A DNA stretch of 64,000 nucleotides from the human T2T-CHM13v2.0 reference genome, Homo sapiens, in the NCBI RefSeq assembly GCF_009914755.1, contig NC_060942.1; one strand, 5' to 3'. Of this stretch, positions 15,293 to 31,101 are shown one piece after another. The first letter of the stretch is position 1, and every line of letters starts with the position of its first letter. The notes below the pieces were generated by a model, which saw only the letters and a list, made by a program, of their open reading frames with translations, did not search any database and was not told the origin of the DNA. Made by a program: the position numbers and the translations under genes.

Positions 15293-17405
15293 GTAGGAGA
15301 AGAGATGTTGCAAGAATTTAGGGGCAGGGGAAGGGTTTCACTACAAAGGAGCAGCAGAGCAAGTCTTCAGAGGTCATGGAGCTGTTTGCATCCTGATTGT
15401 TTTTGTGGTTATGTGTGTCTATACATGTGTTAAAACTCATAGAACTGTAAACATGCACACACGTGTACATACACACACGCACACCAATTTGACTGAATTA
15501 AAATGTTAAAAAAAGGAGAATACATTTTTAAAAGACATTTTCCCATTGATTCCCATTTTAACATGCTATTGGTATTAGTTTCACTCTTTTCTCATCATCA
15601 ATGTACAGTTTGAATACATTTCTCCTCTCCTTGCCTATGGAGGATTCCCAAACAAGTGCCTCAAAACCAGGGTTTAATGGCATTCATCTACAGTCAGAGA
15701 ATTTCACAGCATAGGGAAGGCTGCAGATATGATAGTAGAGAAATCCATTTTCATAAAACATTTAAGAACCCCTTCTTATTATTTCACTCAGGTGTCATGG
15801 TGAGTAGGATGGGGGGCCAGGCACCAAAAACAACCTTTTCCAAACTGCAGGTTTAAGTAAAATTGGTGTTGTACTTTTTCGGTTCTATATTCTTAACAAC
15901 ATGCCATTCTGTTGTTTAAAATCCAGCAATAATCTTTCACCTTATTGCAATAAAATCCAAACTCATCCTGACTTCTAAAGCTCTGCATCTCCTGCTTTCT
16001 TCCCAATTCTCCCATCATCCCTGCATTCAGTAGGCTTCAGTAACACTGGCTCCCCTCCTCTGTCTCCTTCACATTTTTCTTTGGCAAATTTTTTACTGAA
16101 TTAGAGCACATGTATAGAGCACAGATATATCATATGTGCATATGTTGATGAATTTTCACAAAGTGAACACAGACATAATCAGCACCCAAATAAAAAGACA
16201 AAAACCAGAACATGATTAAAGCTTCATAATTCTTCTTCTTCCACTTACTGTCCCCAAAAATGACCGTATCCTGAAGCTAGCCAATTTGTTTTTTTTTTTA
16301 TTTATTCCTTGAACATCTCAAACTATTTAATTCAGGACTTTTGCATATGAGGTTTTCCCTGCCTGGATTATTAAGTCTACCTCCAGACACATTCATTCTT
16401 TACATGCCTGCTTCTCTTAATATCTCATCTTAAAAAGTCACTTCCTCCAATAGACTTTCCTTGTTCCTCTCCAGCTAAAGAAGCTCTCCCCACACCCTCA
16501 CTCTGTCACCTATTCATTCTCATTCCCCTCCTGGAAATTATGAGCTGAATTCATTCATTTATCTATTATGTTTACTTGTTTATTTTCTCTCTCAAAAGTT
16601 AGCTTACTGTACTCTAAACATTAAGAGAAAAAAGACCAATAACCTCATAGAAAAAATGCTCTGGAAGATGTGAAGGCAGTTAACAAAAAGAAAAACGCAA
16701 ATGGTTCTTAAACATTTGAAAAACTATTTGAATTTACAGTAGGAGAATCACCAGTTAAAACCATGATAACTTTTCTCCCTGTCAGAATGACAAAAAAAAT
16801 CCAAAAGTTGGACAAAATATTCTGTTGCTAAGGCTGTGGAAGAATTGACACATTCATACATTGCTAGTGGGAATGCAAAATAAAGGCATAACCTCCATAG
16901 AAGGGATTGGGAATTTGAAATATACAGCAAAACTACATATACATTTACCCCATGACATAGCAATTCCTCTTATAAGAATTTATTATACAGATATGCTAAC
17001 AAAAATATCAAATATATGCATACATTTGTTAATTATAGCACTGCTTATAATAAATAGCAAGAGCCTGGAAACAGCCCAATTTTCTATCAAGAGAAGATTG
17101 GAATGAACTCAATATTGTACATTCATGCAATGGAGTATTATGCAGCTATAAAAAGGAATGGAGAAGATCTTTTAAACTTCTCATAATCACCAGGGTATAT
17201 TGTTAGGTAAATCAAGGTGCAGAACAATGTGTGTTTTTACGTATGTTTACATGGTTCCAAAGTTAAAACCATAAGACACATTCAGTCAAGTCTGTTTTCA
17301 CCTCCACATTTCTTCACCTTGCTTCCTTCCTCCCCTATGAGGAATCAATTTCTATAGATTTTAATTAATTCTTTATTTTGGAAATTATGAGCATGTATAT
17401 TTTTG

Positions 17406-17407
<2 letters not shown>

Positions 17408-17440
<33 letters not shown>
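17408..17440. repeat. (CA)n microsatellite
   Basis: Direct reading. Confidence 0.95.
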
Positions 17441-17441
<1 letters not shown>

Positions 17442-17941
17442 TTAGTTTCCTAATGCTGCTGTAAAAATTTGCCACAAACTTAGTGGCTTAAAACAACAAA
17501 TTTATTTCCTTTCAATTCTAGTGTCTAGAAGGCTGAAATGAGTTTTATGAGACTAAAATTAAGGTATTGGCAAGGCTGGTTCCTTTTAGAGGCTTTGAGG
17601 AGAACATCTATTTCTTTGTCTTTTTGAACTTCTTGGTGGCCACCTGTATTCCTTGGCTTGTAACCTTTTTCTTCATCTTCAAAGTGCATCACACCAATCT
17701 CTGCTTCCATCACCACATCACCTTCTCTTCTTTGACAGTCAAATCTCCCACTGCCTCCCTCTCATAAAGATACTTATGATTACATTTAGGGCTCACCTGG
17801 ATGATCATCCAGGATAATCTCCCCATCTCAAAATCCTTGACTTAATCACACCTGCAAAATTACTTTTGCTATAAAGGTAACTTCCACGGTTTCCAGAGAT
17901 TAGGACCTGGATAGCTTTGGGGTCATCATTCAGCCTACCAA
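17441..17941 (-). mobile_element. MLT1C/D MaLR LTR
   Basis: tagtttcctaatgctgctgtaa...gggtcatcattcagcctacca. Confidence 0.8.
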
Positions 17942-19195
17942 TATACATATTCTTTTTTGCTTATAATGTTTAAATAAAAGATAAATTAAAATCTATTGGA
18001 AAATTTTTACTTATAGAAGAGAAAGAAAACAGGATGAAGAGAGACAGGGATAGAAACTAGATTTGACTGAATGCATCTTGTTTTATGGCTTTGGCATCAG
18101 AACCATGTAAATGTTCTGTACAAGTATAAAACAAAATGCAAAAAAAAAATGACAATTAAAAATAAAATTTAGAAAATAAATCTAACCACACATCCTATTG
18201 GTACTTTAAACACACACCTCTCTCAGGTAATAATGTGACTTTAAAACATAGTAGTTTGACTGTATATATCCCTGGTGAAGTAGATCCTAATGTCAAAGAA
18301 TTGCAAAAACAAAACAAAACAAAACCCGTAGTATTCAATAAGCGTACTTAAGCATACTTTTAATAAAAATATTGTGTTATTTGTAAACTATTATGTACAT
18401 ACATAGTAAAATAATCAAATAATTGGATATGTTAATATTGTTAAAAATTGAGATTTTTAGCATACAAAAAAGAGACATATAAAATTAAAGAAGTTGAGTA
18501 AAAGTTGTACATCTTAGATTTGGATATACCAATATGGAATCTCAATGTATTTTACTCTTAAAAAAATAGTTCCCAGTTCTGTCCACCAAAAGGTATAGAA
18601 GCAATGAGCAACCCCATCTCAGTGAGCACCTCTAACACCCAGACTGGAGTCTCTAAAGACCATTTCTCACTACAGGGAACTAGGTATCCATGGAGAAATG
18701 TTTGATTTCAGGTCTGAGACATGAAATGTACAAGACGAACCTGAAACATCTTTCATAACAGAAAACAAGGCTACTAGGGTCATATCAGAGGATTCAAGAG
18801 ATAACTTAGTTTCATTGGTCAAAGACTGGGTAATAATGCCTGTAGTACATTGAAATATATGAAAACACTAAAATCCATGTGCTTATACCAATACTTTTTA
18901 AAAATCTCATTGATTGCCTTTGAAGGATGCTAGGACACTAACACATTCTAAAATTGGTAAATGAATTAAATGAATAATTCCTGCATTCCCTATATGAAAT
19001 ATATTTCAGAGCAGCCACATAGTAAATGAGATAAATTTCTTTTTTATAAGAAATTCAAGCTGTTAAATGCAAAATAAAAGATACAATTCGAATATTACTA
19101 TTTTGCAGCTCCTAATGAAATAATGATTGTAGGCAATGATCACAAATAGCTGTTAGAAATCACAAGGTACAAGGCCAATAGAGGATTGTTAGGCT

Positions 19196-19335
19196 CTTTG
19201 TTTTCAGCTTTATTGGGGTATAATTGACAAAAATTGTGTATAATTAAAATGTACTACTTGTTGTTTTGATATATGCACACATTGTGAAATGGTTACCACA
19301 GTCAAACTAGCTCACATATCCTTCAGATCACATAG

Positions 19336-19372
<37 letters not shown>

Positions 19373-20393
19373 GAGAACACTTAGAATCTATCCTCTTAGT
19401 AAATTTCAAGTATACAATACAGTATTATTAACTATAGTCACTATGCTGTACATTACATCCCAGAATTTATTCATCTTCCATAACTGAAACTTTATAGCCT
19501 CCGACCAACATCTCCCAAATTCCCCCAACCATCAGGCCCTGGCAACCACCATTCTACTCTGCACTTCTATGAATTTGACTATTTTAGATTCCAAAAATAA
19601 ATGAGATCATGACATATTTGTCTTTATTTGTTTGGCTTATTTTACTTAGCATAATGTCCTCTGGGTTCTTCAGTGTCGCAAATGGCAGGATTTCCTTCTT
19701 TTTCTAAAGCTAAATAATATTCTATTGTGTGTGTTTGTGTGCGTGTGTCATACACACAAGTATATACACCACATTTTCCTTATTCATTCACCTGTTGACA
19801 GAAATTTAGGTTGAAACAACATTTAAGTTGTTTCCGTATCTTCGCTATTGTGAATAATGCTGCAATAAACATGGGAGGGCAGACATCTCTTCAACACACT
19901 GATTTCATTTCCTTTGGATATATACCCAGAAGTGGGATTGCTGGATCCATATGGTAGTTCTATTTTTAATTTTCTGAGGAACCTCCATATTGTTTTCCAC
20001 AATGACTGTGCCAATTTATGGTTTATAACAGCTTACAGGGTTCTCTTTCCTCTACAACTTTACCAACACTTTATCTTTTATCTTTTTGATAAAAACCATT
20101 CTAACAGGTGTGAGATAATATCTCTATGATTTAGATTTGTATTTCCCTGATGATTAGTGATGTTGAACACCTTTTCTATATACGTGTTGACCATTTGTAT
20201 GTCTTCTTATAAGAAATTTCTGTTCAAGTCTTTAGCCCGTTTTTAAATAGGGTTATTTGCTTTTTTTTGCTATTGAGTTATTCGCAGTTTCATATATATT
20301 TTGGATATTAACGTCTTATCAGATATATCGTTTGCAAATATCTTCTCCAATTCCATATGTTGCCTTTTCAATCTGTTGATTATTTCCTTTGCA
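19196..20393 (-). mobile_element. 5'-truncated L1MA (MA8/9-like)
   Basis: L1MA 3'UTR in reverse; 11-bp TSD ATTGTTAGGCT (19185-19195 / 20394-20404); contains (TG)n at ~19337-19371. Confidence 0.85.
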
Positions 20394-22528
20394 ATTGTTA
20401 GGCTTTAAATATTCATTTTTATTAATGTTTTCTGATTATACACATCAGGTTTTTGGACCAGAGACAGATTTCTTTTTACACTCACAGAAAGATCAACAGC
20501 CAAAGTAACATTGCAGCATTGGTCCCCCTCACCCAGCCTGCCTGCAGAGTACCATGTGAGTGCCAGATGGAATAAATGCCCTGTACAAGTGGTAGGTTGA
20601 CTCTATAAGTGAGATATAGAGAAATATGGATTTTGTTTTGTTTATAAAAAGCAAAGACATCACTCTCCCCCTCACCTTCTGAGAATCCTTAGAGATCAGA
20701 TGGAGGGATCTTTACCCTAACCCTTTGGTAGGAAAGTAAACCTCTGAGGGAAAAGAAGAGCGCAGTGTCTTCAGTTTGACAACTCAGAGATGGCTCCAAG
20801 GCCCTGAGCCTCTTACTGCCAGAGTTAGGTCAATCTCTTTGGAATGTGTTCACTATCTATCTGATCAGTCATAAATTGCCTTCTAAGCTTGCTCTCAGGC
20901 CAGGAAACACACTTTAGTAATATCTATTCAGAAAGCCCTAACTGTGCAGAAACATATTCTCTACAATCTTATAACTTTATAATAAATGGGTGAAGATAAT
21001 ATCACTTGAACTCATGGATTAATCTTACATCATCAAAAAACAGATAATCAGATAGTATATGCATCATGATATGATATAATAGGAAGCTCACAGTGCTGCC
21101 TTTGAAGTAGTCTTGTCAAATAATTAACCTGAATCTAATCAAATATCTAGACGCAACTATTAGTTTAAAAGAAGTACAGAAAAGAAGAACATATTAAATG
21201 ATGCCACAGGAATGCAATCAGCCAAAGCAGAATCTAGGAAATTCTACAAAATAAATGGCTTGATTTTTTACAACAAATAAGTTGCAAGAAGAAAGGAGGG
21301 AGGAGAAATTTAGAAATTAAAAGAGACTTAAAAGACTTACCAACAAATTAAGGTACAAAGACTTGGTTTGGATCTTGATTCAAACATATCATCTGGGGCG
21401 GGGGGAAAGGCTATTTATAGACAATAGGGAAATTTGAACACTGGCTGGATATTAGAGGACAGCCAATGAATTACTATTAATGAATTACTATTAATTTTTA
21501 AAGATATGATAATGTTATTATTGTTCTGTTTTAAAAATAGAGTTCTTATCTCTATTTGGAAATATTTACAGATGGAAGTTATATGATAATTGGGATTTAC
21601 TTTAAAATAATAGGTAGAGATCCAGACGGAATGAGGGAGAATAGAAGGAACAAGATTGGCCATATTTTGTTAATTGTTGAAGCTGGGTCATGTGTAACTT
21701 AGGGTTCATTATTCTATTATTTCTACTTTTATATATATTTGAAAATGTCCATAATAAAACGTTTTTGTTTTTAAAAAGTAAGGTCCTGAACCCTCCCCTC
21801 TCCTTAATGTCTTCTCCCTGCTGTAGTTTTAAGTTGGGGGAGAAGGGTCCTTCCCCTCTAGCCTGTGAGCCTGAGTCTGTGGCAGTGGGGTGGGGGTGGG
21901 GGCAGTTAGCAGGAAAGCAATGGAGAACCAACCAGCAGAGGGTTGGGTATGGCCACCACAGGTCTGACTGGCTCTTTTATATGTGCTAATTACCTGGGAA
22001 TGTGGTCTTAATAAGAAGCAAGATAATCAGACAAGACTGAATACATTGCCTCAGGTAGGGTCCAACAGGGCCTGACAGGCTTCTGCTTTCCCCCAACCAC
22101 AATGACCACTTAACCTCAAACTAATGAGTACTCAGAACCCATCCCCTGCAAGGTAAGGGGAGACAGGAGTGGTCATGCATAGGCAGAGCTCTGCTGAAAT
22201 GTCTGAAAGTCAATAAAGAATGCTATTTTGTCAGGCTATTTCTTTTCTTTCCATTTCATTTCTGGCCTGCAAATCTCAGAAAAGCACTTTAATTTTTAAA
22301 AATATTTGTTCTTAATTATGAAGGTAGTGCATATTCATTGAAGAAAATTTTAAAGAAACAAAAAAGCATTAAGAAAACATTTAATCCCACTCTCAAAGAG
22401 ATCAACTGTTAAACCTTAGATTATTTTCTTCCTGTTATTCATTTGAATATTTACGGTAATGCTGTGCTCATTCTCTATACAGTATTTTGATTGTTTCCCA
22501 TTTAGCATTATATAAAAATTTTCCACAT

Positions 22529-23600
<1,072 letters not shown>

Positions 23601-23709
23601 CTAAAGCATCATTTTAATGGCTGCATAATATTTTGTTTCATAAATTCACCATTTTCCTATTTTTTAGATACTTAAGTTGTACCTTATTTTCCACTACTAT
23701 AAATAAAAG

Positions 23710-23910
23710 TGCTAATATTGTTGAGTGTCTTATATGACTCAGGTTCTGTGCTACATTTTTACATTCCTAGAAGAACTATCTACCAGTACTATTTTCATCT
23801 CCGCTTTATAGAAAGATAGAGGAGGGCTGAGAGAAGTTGAGGAATTTGCTCAAAGCCGTATCACTATTTAGTGACAAAGCTGGAATTTCTGTCTAGATTT
23901 CTCTGCCTGC
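23710..23910 (-). mobile_element. MIR
   Basis: agggctgagagaagttgaggaatttgctcaaagcc. Confidence 0.55.
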
Positions 23911-24149
23911 AGAACCAAGGGTATAGGCCACCTCGTTATCTGCTTTTCAAATGATTATTTTCTTAGCATAAATTCCTAGATGTGGACCTTACTGGACTGA
24001 AAGTATAAAAGTATAATATCCTTGGTAAATGCTCGGAGTGTTTCTTCTTATTTTAACCTCACTATTCATTCACATTTGAGGATGCCATTCTCTCTGGCAT
24101 TGTCACACTGTGAGAGGTTGACATTTCCATAAACGCATGGTTATTCTTA

Positions 24150-24155
24150 TGTATA

Positions 24156-24186
<31 letters not shown>

Positions 24187-24220
24187 ATACATATACATAT
24201 ATATGTATGTATATATATAT
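24150..24220. repeat. Compound (TG)n/(TA)n microsatellite
   Basis: Direct reading. Confidence 0.85.
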
Positions 24221-24605
24221 TTTAAAAGATCCCAGTTATTGAGAGCTAATTATGGGCCAGGCACTTCACACACATAGCTTATCTCATTTAAAACCCACAT
24301 CCTACAAGTGATGCTATGCTCCCAACATTTATAAACCCAAAAACAGGACCAGAGAGAGGAGTCAGCCTGAAGTCATATGGTTAGTAAGAAGCAGGTTCCA
24401 AACTCAAAATTTGATCTAATTCCTATGCTTTTCGGCTGTCCCTTACCCGCCAGCCTGGCAGGTGTTATGGATAACTTCTGCTGGCTCCTCTCCTCACTCG
24501 GCCCCACCCTGTCCTCCATGCTGTGTGCCTCAGGCGGCAGCCTGGTTAGACCACACCACCCAGCTCCCTGGCTGTCTGGGTTCAGCCAAAGGGAGGGGGC
24601 TGCAG

Positions 24606-25119
24606 TGTAACCACAGGACCAGCCCAAACTAGGCCTACTCTTTTGATAACAGAACATCGAGTTACCTTGTAGGTATAACAGAGCCAAAATTGCAAGTCAC
24701 GTAGCCTGGGCATTTGTAATAGAAAAACTTTGACCTCTAACAACAATAAGCCAATGAATCCTCCCTGTGGAACGAAAAAGACTGGGACATGAGCAGAACG
24801 TGAATTCCAGGACTCTTTCAAAAGCGAGAAGTCCACTGGCCTAGAAGATCTGGGATTAAAATCCACCTCAACATAACTTACCTTAAATGCTCAAATGTGA
24901 AGCCCTCCAATCAGACCCTGCCAAACCAACATTCCTAAATTCCTTAACCTGTGACCCTTTAAAACCCGCCTCAGACCCCAAATCAAGGAAATTGATTTGA
25001 GCTGAGTCTCCTCTTTCCTTGCCAACTGGCCTCGCAATAAACCTTTCTTTTGTCAAAAGCTGGTGCTATAGTATTGGCTTCTGTGTGTTTCGGGCAGCAA
25101 GCCCATTTCTTCAATAACA
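24606..25119 (+). mobile_element. ERV1 solo LTR (LTR54-like)
   Basis: TG...CA ends, AATAAA near the 3' end, 4-bp TSD GCAG (24602-24605 / 25120-25123). Confidence 0.8.
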
Positions 25120-25759
25120 GCAGAAGATTCTCAAAAGGAATGAAGAGGGTGAATTCCAGGTATATTTTTCCCAGGCTTCCTTCCTGTGGGGTGGTCTCAG
25201 CTGGCCATGTCTCCAGAGAAGTCTCCAGTCCTGTCAGAGGCTATCTCCTCCCACAGCCACACTGCTGTCCCATGTCCCATGTCCAAGTTCTGATGACAGT
25301 GCCCTCCTCTTGTCCCTTCAATGAGGTAATGACACTGGTTGTTCTTAACCCCAGAGTTCTAGATGATTCTTTGTGGTTTAACTTTTTTTTTTTTTTTTTT
25401 ATGGGACTGGGACTGAAAGAATCACCTGAATGACAGCAAGTCTCAACACTATTCCACCAATTCACACTTGTCCCTTCACCAATTCAACGATTCTGGCGGA
25501 ACTCTTCTTACAGGTGTCTATTGGTTACTTCCAACCCAGGGAAGGCAGTGGTGAGTCCCCTTCTATCCCTGCAAGTGCTTGTCTCTCCTCAGTTGTTGGG
25601 TCATTTAGTTATTGTGCAACCTTGGCTCTTCAAAAGACTTCCAAAAAATTATAAATTTGAAGTTAGTTTGCCTCCTTTTTGATGTTGTTTTAAGGATGGG
25701 AGTAATGCTTCTTCCAGCTCTCTAAATCCTGGGTGGAAAAAATTGATTCTTCTAACACA

Positions 25760-26122
25760 CTTTTTAGTTTGAAATAATTTCAAATTTTCAGAAAAGTTGC
25801 AATTTTATGATACAGGAAACTCTTCTGGATTCTTTAAGTCAACCAGTTTTTAATGCTCTGCCATATTTGTTTTGTTATTCTCTATCTCTTTATCTGTCTA
25901 TCTGTATCTGCCTTATCTATCCCAACTCATTTGAGAAGAGGTTGCATGCATCATGCCATTAATACCTGTTAATACTTTAGTGTCCATTTCATAAGAATAG
26001 TGATATTTCTTCCATAACTCCACTATAGTTATCAACTTCAAGATACTTAATATTGACACAATACTTTTATCATCTATAGTGCATGTCACAATTCTGTCAA
26101 TCAACCCAATAATGTTCTTCAT
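25760..26122 (-). mobile_element. L1MC-like 3' end
   Basis: tttgaaataatttcaaattttcagaaaagttgcaa. Confidence 0.65.
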
Positions 26123-26160
26123 AGAAGTTCTTGTGGGAGAGGCAAGAATTGGCTTAGAAT

Positions 26161-26360
26161 CAAGCTTGTCCTACCTGCCTTATTTTGTTGTTGTTTTGTT
26201 TTGTTTTGTTTTGTTTTAGGCTTTTAGCAGCCTGAAGCCATGGTTTTTAGTTTCTGTTTCTAGTGATAAGCGGAAAAAAGGAATGAGGAAAGGGCTTTAC
26301 TGGCCCAACCAGAAACAGAAACTGAGGACCCATGACATATTCTCTCCCTGGATACCCCTG
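26161..26360 (-). mobile_element. MER107 (non-autonomous hAT-Charlie DNA transposon)
   Basis: MER30-type termini caagcttgtcc...ggatacccctg; internal cagcctgaagccatggtttttagtttctg. Confidence 0.8.
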
Positions 26361-27164
26361 GTTAGATCCTTTGCCCCTAGTCTTGCAAATAGAATAAAAG
26401 CCTTAATCTGTAGGGTTAATCAGATAAAGAGATAGAGAATAACAAAACAAATGTGGCAGAGTGTTAAAAACTGGTTGACTTAAAGAGTCTAGAAGAGGAG
26501 GTTGGGAGGACAAGCACTGCTTCCTTTAGGGTGATGGTGAAAATTCACTGTAGCCAGGAATAGGAAAAAAAGTGATGCCATTCCCCCAGTACTAGGGACT
26601 TGCCTAAATCCAAGCCTTCATCAAAACAACATAGAGTGCATTTCCTTTATGTTGTCCCGTGCTAAGCTAACAAGTTTTAGTTAACAAGTAACAGCAGAAT
26701 ACAGGGCAGAGACAGGCAAGAAACAACAGTATTCAACAGACCATCTTAAAGGCATAAAACAAGGCAAGACCTAAAGCTCAGAACTGAGCAGACATTACTC
26801 TGATGAACCAACCTTCATCCTAAGCAAAAAGTAACCCTACTGGAATTTGAAACTTGCAGTGCACAGAAAGTGATCATAGTCACAGTTAACCTCAGACCCT
26901 GTCCAATGTCTATCTAGATTAATTCAACCCTGGTACGAAAGACCTAACAGGAAAGACAAGTCAATTGCCAGGCATAAAGGTAATTCCCTCAGGACTTTTG
27001 TTGTATATAAGATGTCCAACTTCTAACAAAAAAGTATAAGGCTTACAAAAAGGTGTGAAAAAACATACTCCTAAGAGGGCAATTATCAGAACCAGACTTA
27101 GATATGACACAGAAGTTGTGTAAGTGACAGGAAATTTAAAATAACTTTGATTAATATTTGACTA

Positions 27165-27528
<364 letters not shown>

Positions 27529-28375
27529 TCAAATGCCTGAAAGAAAAAGCACAGTTAACAACTGGCTTAATGGTAGACTCAACATTGCTGTGGAAACAAA
27601 TAACCAGTAAACTTGAAGATAAGAAACTACCCAAACTAAAAGACAAAGATTAAAGAAGAGTGGGGAAAAAAACAACCAGAACATTCAAAACCTGGACAAC
27701 GTCAGACTAACATGCGTAATTGGAATTCCAGAATGAAAAGAGAAAAAGAATGGGGCAGAAGAAATATATGAAAAGATAATGGCTGAGAATTTTTCACAAT
27801 TAATGACTAACACCAAACCATAGATCCAAGAAGCTCAGAGAACACCAAACAGGATGAATACCAAAACAAGCAGGACATACACTTGGACAGATCATATTCA
27901 AGTTACTGAAAAGAAAAACAAAGAGAAAATCTGGAAAGTGGACAGAGAGAAAAGAAACATTACATACAGAGGAACACAAATAAGAATTACAGCAGACTTC
28001 TCATCAGAAAATGAGAAGATATTTGAGGAGGATCTTTAAAGCACTAAAAAAAAAAAAAAGGCTTTCAATCCATAATTCAATACCTAGCAAAAAAAACTTT
28101 CCAAAAAAAGAGAGGGGGGATTAAATGCTTTCTCACACAAACACTGAGGAACTCCATAGCCAGCAGACCTACCCTAGGAAATAGTAAAGAAGGTTGTTCA
28201 GGAAAAAAAAAAAAAGTATCAGACTGAAACCTGGATTTACACAAACAAATGAGAAGAAGCAAAAACGGAATAATGTAAAATAGAATTATTTTTAAAATTT
28301 TTACTTGCTCTAAGAGATAACTGACTGCCTAAAGCAATATATTAGCAATGTATTACATGTTTAAAGCATATGTTA

Positions 28376-28600
28376 GACCAGCCTGGTCAACATGGCAAAA
28401 CCCCATCTCTACTAAAAAATACAAAAATTAGCCAGGCGTGGTGGCACACGCCTGTAATCCCAGCTACTCGGGAGGCTGAGGCAGGAGAATCATTTGAACC
28501 CAGGAGGTGGAGGTTTCAGTGAGCCAAGATCTCACCATTGCACTCCAGCCTGGGCGACAAGAGTGAAACTCCGCCTCAAAAAAAAGAAAAAGAAAAAGAA
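28376..28600 (+). mobile_element. 5'-truncated AluS
   Basis: TSD aaagc(a/g)tatgtta. Confidence 0.88.
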
Positions 28601-28755
28601 AAAGCGTATGTTAAAGTAAAAATTATGACGACAATAACACAAAGACAATGGAAGAAAGAAATTGAGGATATACTGTTATAAAGCCATTATACTACATGCA
28701 AACTGCTGTATTATCATTTCAAAGTAGTCTTTGATTAATTAAAAATGTATATTGT

Positions 28756-29523
28756 TGTGAAGGTTACAGATATCAGGATGAAATCACTTAAAATTTTTTT
28801 TAAAGGTGGGGTCTTGCTCTGTTGCCCCAGCTGGAGTGCAGTGGTGTGACCATAGCTCACTGCAGCCATGAACTCCTGGGCTCAAGCAATCCTCCTGCTT
28901 CAGCCTCCCAAGTAGTTGGGACTTCAGGCACATGCTACCACGCAAGGCTAATTTTTTTAAAATGTGTTTTAGAGACAGAGACTCACTATATCGCCCAGGC
29001 TGGTCTCAAACTCCTAAGCTCAAGCCATTTTTCTGCCTTAGCCTCCTGAGTAGCTGGGACTACAGGCACACACTACCATGGCAGACAAAATTACTTTTGT
29101 CAGACCTAAGCAAATTAGAGCTGAGAAAGCACAAAGTAGGAAGGCTAATGCTTGCTGTTTGAGATTAAGGCTGTCTTAAGCACTTTCTAAAATAAACCCA
29201 CAAGAAATGTCTTCTTTAGGACTTTCGCAATTCAGATAAGATGTTCTCCAAAGACCACTTTCCCAGTAATGATATCTCCCACAAATGAACTGAGAGCTCT
29301 GGCTTTGAGCCTCTAGAATCAATAAACTCTGTTTCCAAGCAGCTTATGCAAACTTCTCCTTTTTGCCAATAAAGGCTTTTCTTTACCCTCCTCTATTCTG
29401 ATGCACTGTGGCTTGCCATAGCTGTGCATCCTGGATTATAGTTCTTTTTGCTTACTCCCAAATAAATTCAACATTTTAGGCGATATTTTTTAGATTTTTA
29501 GGAGATCTTATTTTAGGTCGACA
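28756..29523 (+). mobile_element. ERV1 solo LTR (LTR51/MER72 group) split by an Alu
   Basis: tgtgaaggttacagatatcaggatgaaatcactt...aataaa...ttttaggtcgaca; TSD ttgt/ttat. Confidence 0.65.
28793..29090 (-). mobile_element. Old AluJ-like dimer
   Basis: catagctcactgcagccatgaactcctgggctcaagcaatcctcc. Confidence 0.8.
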
Positions 29524-30079
29524 TTATAAATCCTAGGGTAATCACTAAAAAGTATTTAAGGAAGTATACATAATAATTCTAGAGAAGATACAAAAAAATC
29601 ATAAAAATGTTCAAATAACCCAAAAAGAAGACAGAAAAAGAGGAAAAAGGAAACAAAAACACAGGTGGAAAAGAGAACAATTAGCAAGATGGTTTATTTT
29701 AATTCAATCTTATCACTAATCACATTAAATACGCTTAAATGGAGAAAGACTGAACACGTAAACACTAAACAACAAAAAAAGCTAGAGTAGCTATATTAAT
29801 CTTAGACAAAACAGACTTCAGAACAAGAAGTATTATCAGGGATAAAGAGAGAGATTGCATAATGATGAAGAAGTAAGTTTTCCAAGAAGACAATCTTAAA
29901 TGGATGTGCACCTAACAGTAGAAACCCAAACTACATGAGCCAAAAACTGTTTGAACTGAAAAAAAAAAAAGGCAAATTCTTATTGTAGTAGAGACTTTAA
30001 CACTCCTTTCTCAACTTATAGAACAAGTAGACAGAAAATCAGTAAAGATAAAAAAGACCTGAACAACATAAGCAAATCG

Positions 30080-30570
30080 TTGCTCATGTTCTGAAATGTC
30101 ATGGTGAGGTCCCTCAGTGTGGGTTTTGTTTGACTGGGCCCATATAATCTGTAGATTCCATGTTATTTCTTTAGTAATTCTTTACCTTCTGATTCCTCAT
30201 TCTACTTTTCTGGAATTCCTGTTAGATGTTGGATTCTTACATTAAACCTCCAATTCTCCTATATTATCCCTCTTACCTCCTTTATTTCCAATCTTTGTCT
30301 TTTTACTCTACCTTGTTGGGGATGTTTTTCAACTTCACTTTCTAGGCATTGTACTGTATTTTCATATTACAGCTATGTCATATTTTTAATTTCTGAATGC
30401 TCTTTCTTGCTATCCAATTATTCCTTTTTTTCAAGAACTCCAGGTTTTAAAAAAACTTTTTGAATATGTTATTTACAGATTTTACTTAAATTGCTTACTA
30501 CTTCCTTCATTGTTTCTGTTTTCTCTGGGTCCCCTTTGAGACTTTTCTTAAATGTCTGGTCATCTTGCCA
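30080..30570 (-). mobile_element. Old L1 ORF1 fragment, opposite orientation
   Basis: ttttctggaattcctgttagatgttggattc; T-rich reverse ORF1 pattern. Confidence 0.5.
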
Positions 30571-31101
30571 AGAAGGGACTGCTTATATATAGGAGCTAAC
30601 TAAAACTTCAGCGTGCATGGAAGGATGAATTTTACTATGAAGTGATGGGGACCTTTCTGTAGGTTACTCTCAAAGTCAGCTTCTAGAAGCATTTTGCCTG
30701 GGCCCTTCAGACTCTCCAGAAGAGATTCTATCAATAAACATGAGAGAAGAGTTGTTATCCTGAGCCCAACCAAAAACATGTATGAAAGGAATGTGGGGTA
30801 AATAGGCAGTAAAGAAATTATTGGAATCAAAGAAAATGGTAAAGACTATAACATGAATGGAGGTTGGGAATTCCTTCAACCCAAATAAGAAATCCAAATT
30901 GGAAAAAGTTATGATAAAAATTGAGGTGCGGGGGGTATAAAATATGTGGATATTTGTATTCTGGACACAGGGCAGGGGAAGAGAGTGAGGTCTCACGATT
31001 CAGTGTTTGATGTTCACTTAATTTTCCCTGTTGCCAAGGCCTGCATGTCACCTCCAGCCACCACTGCACCTGTATCCCTACATCTGAGCCTCAGAAGTCC
31101 A

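Larger units (their letters stand above)
16620..21775 (+). mobile_element. Ancient L1 3' region (L1MC4/L1ME-like) with nested insertions
   Basis: ORF2 C-terminal relic at 16620-17240; 3'UTR motifs ggagaaatgtttgatttcagg and ttaacctgaatctaatc; ends at aataaaac. Confidence 0.6.

Noticed and set aside
20425-20960. Possible old ERVL-type LTR
   Set aside because: Termini and TSD could not be identified by eye.
30060-30100. L1 orientation switch that might be a twin-priming inversion
   Set aside because: The minus fragment looks like a different, more decayed ORF1 piece, with no TSD or 3' end linking the two.
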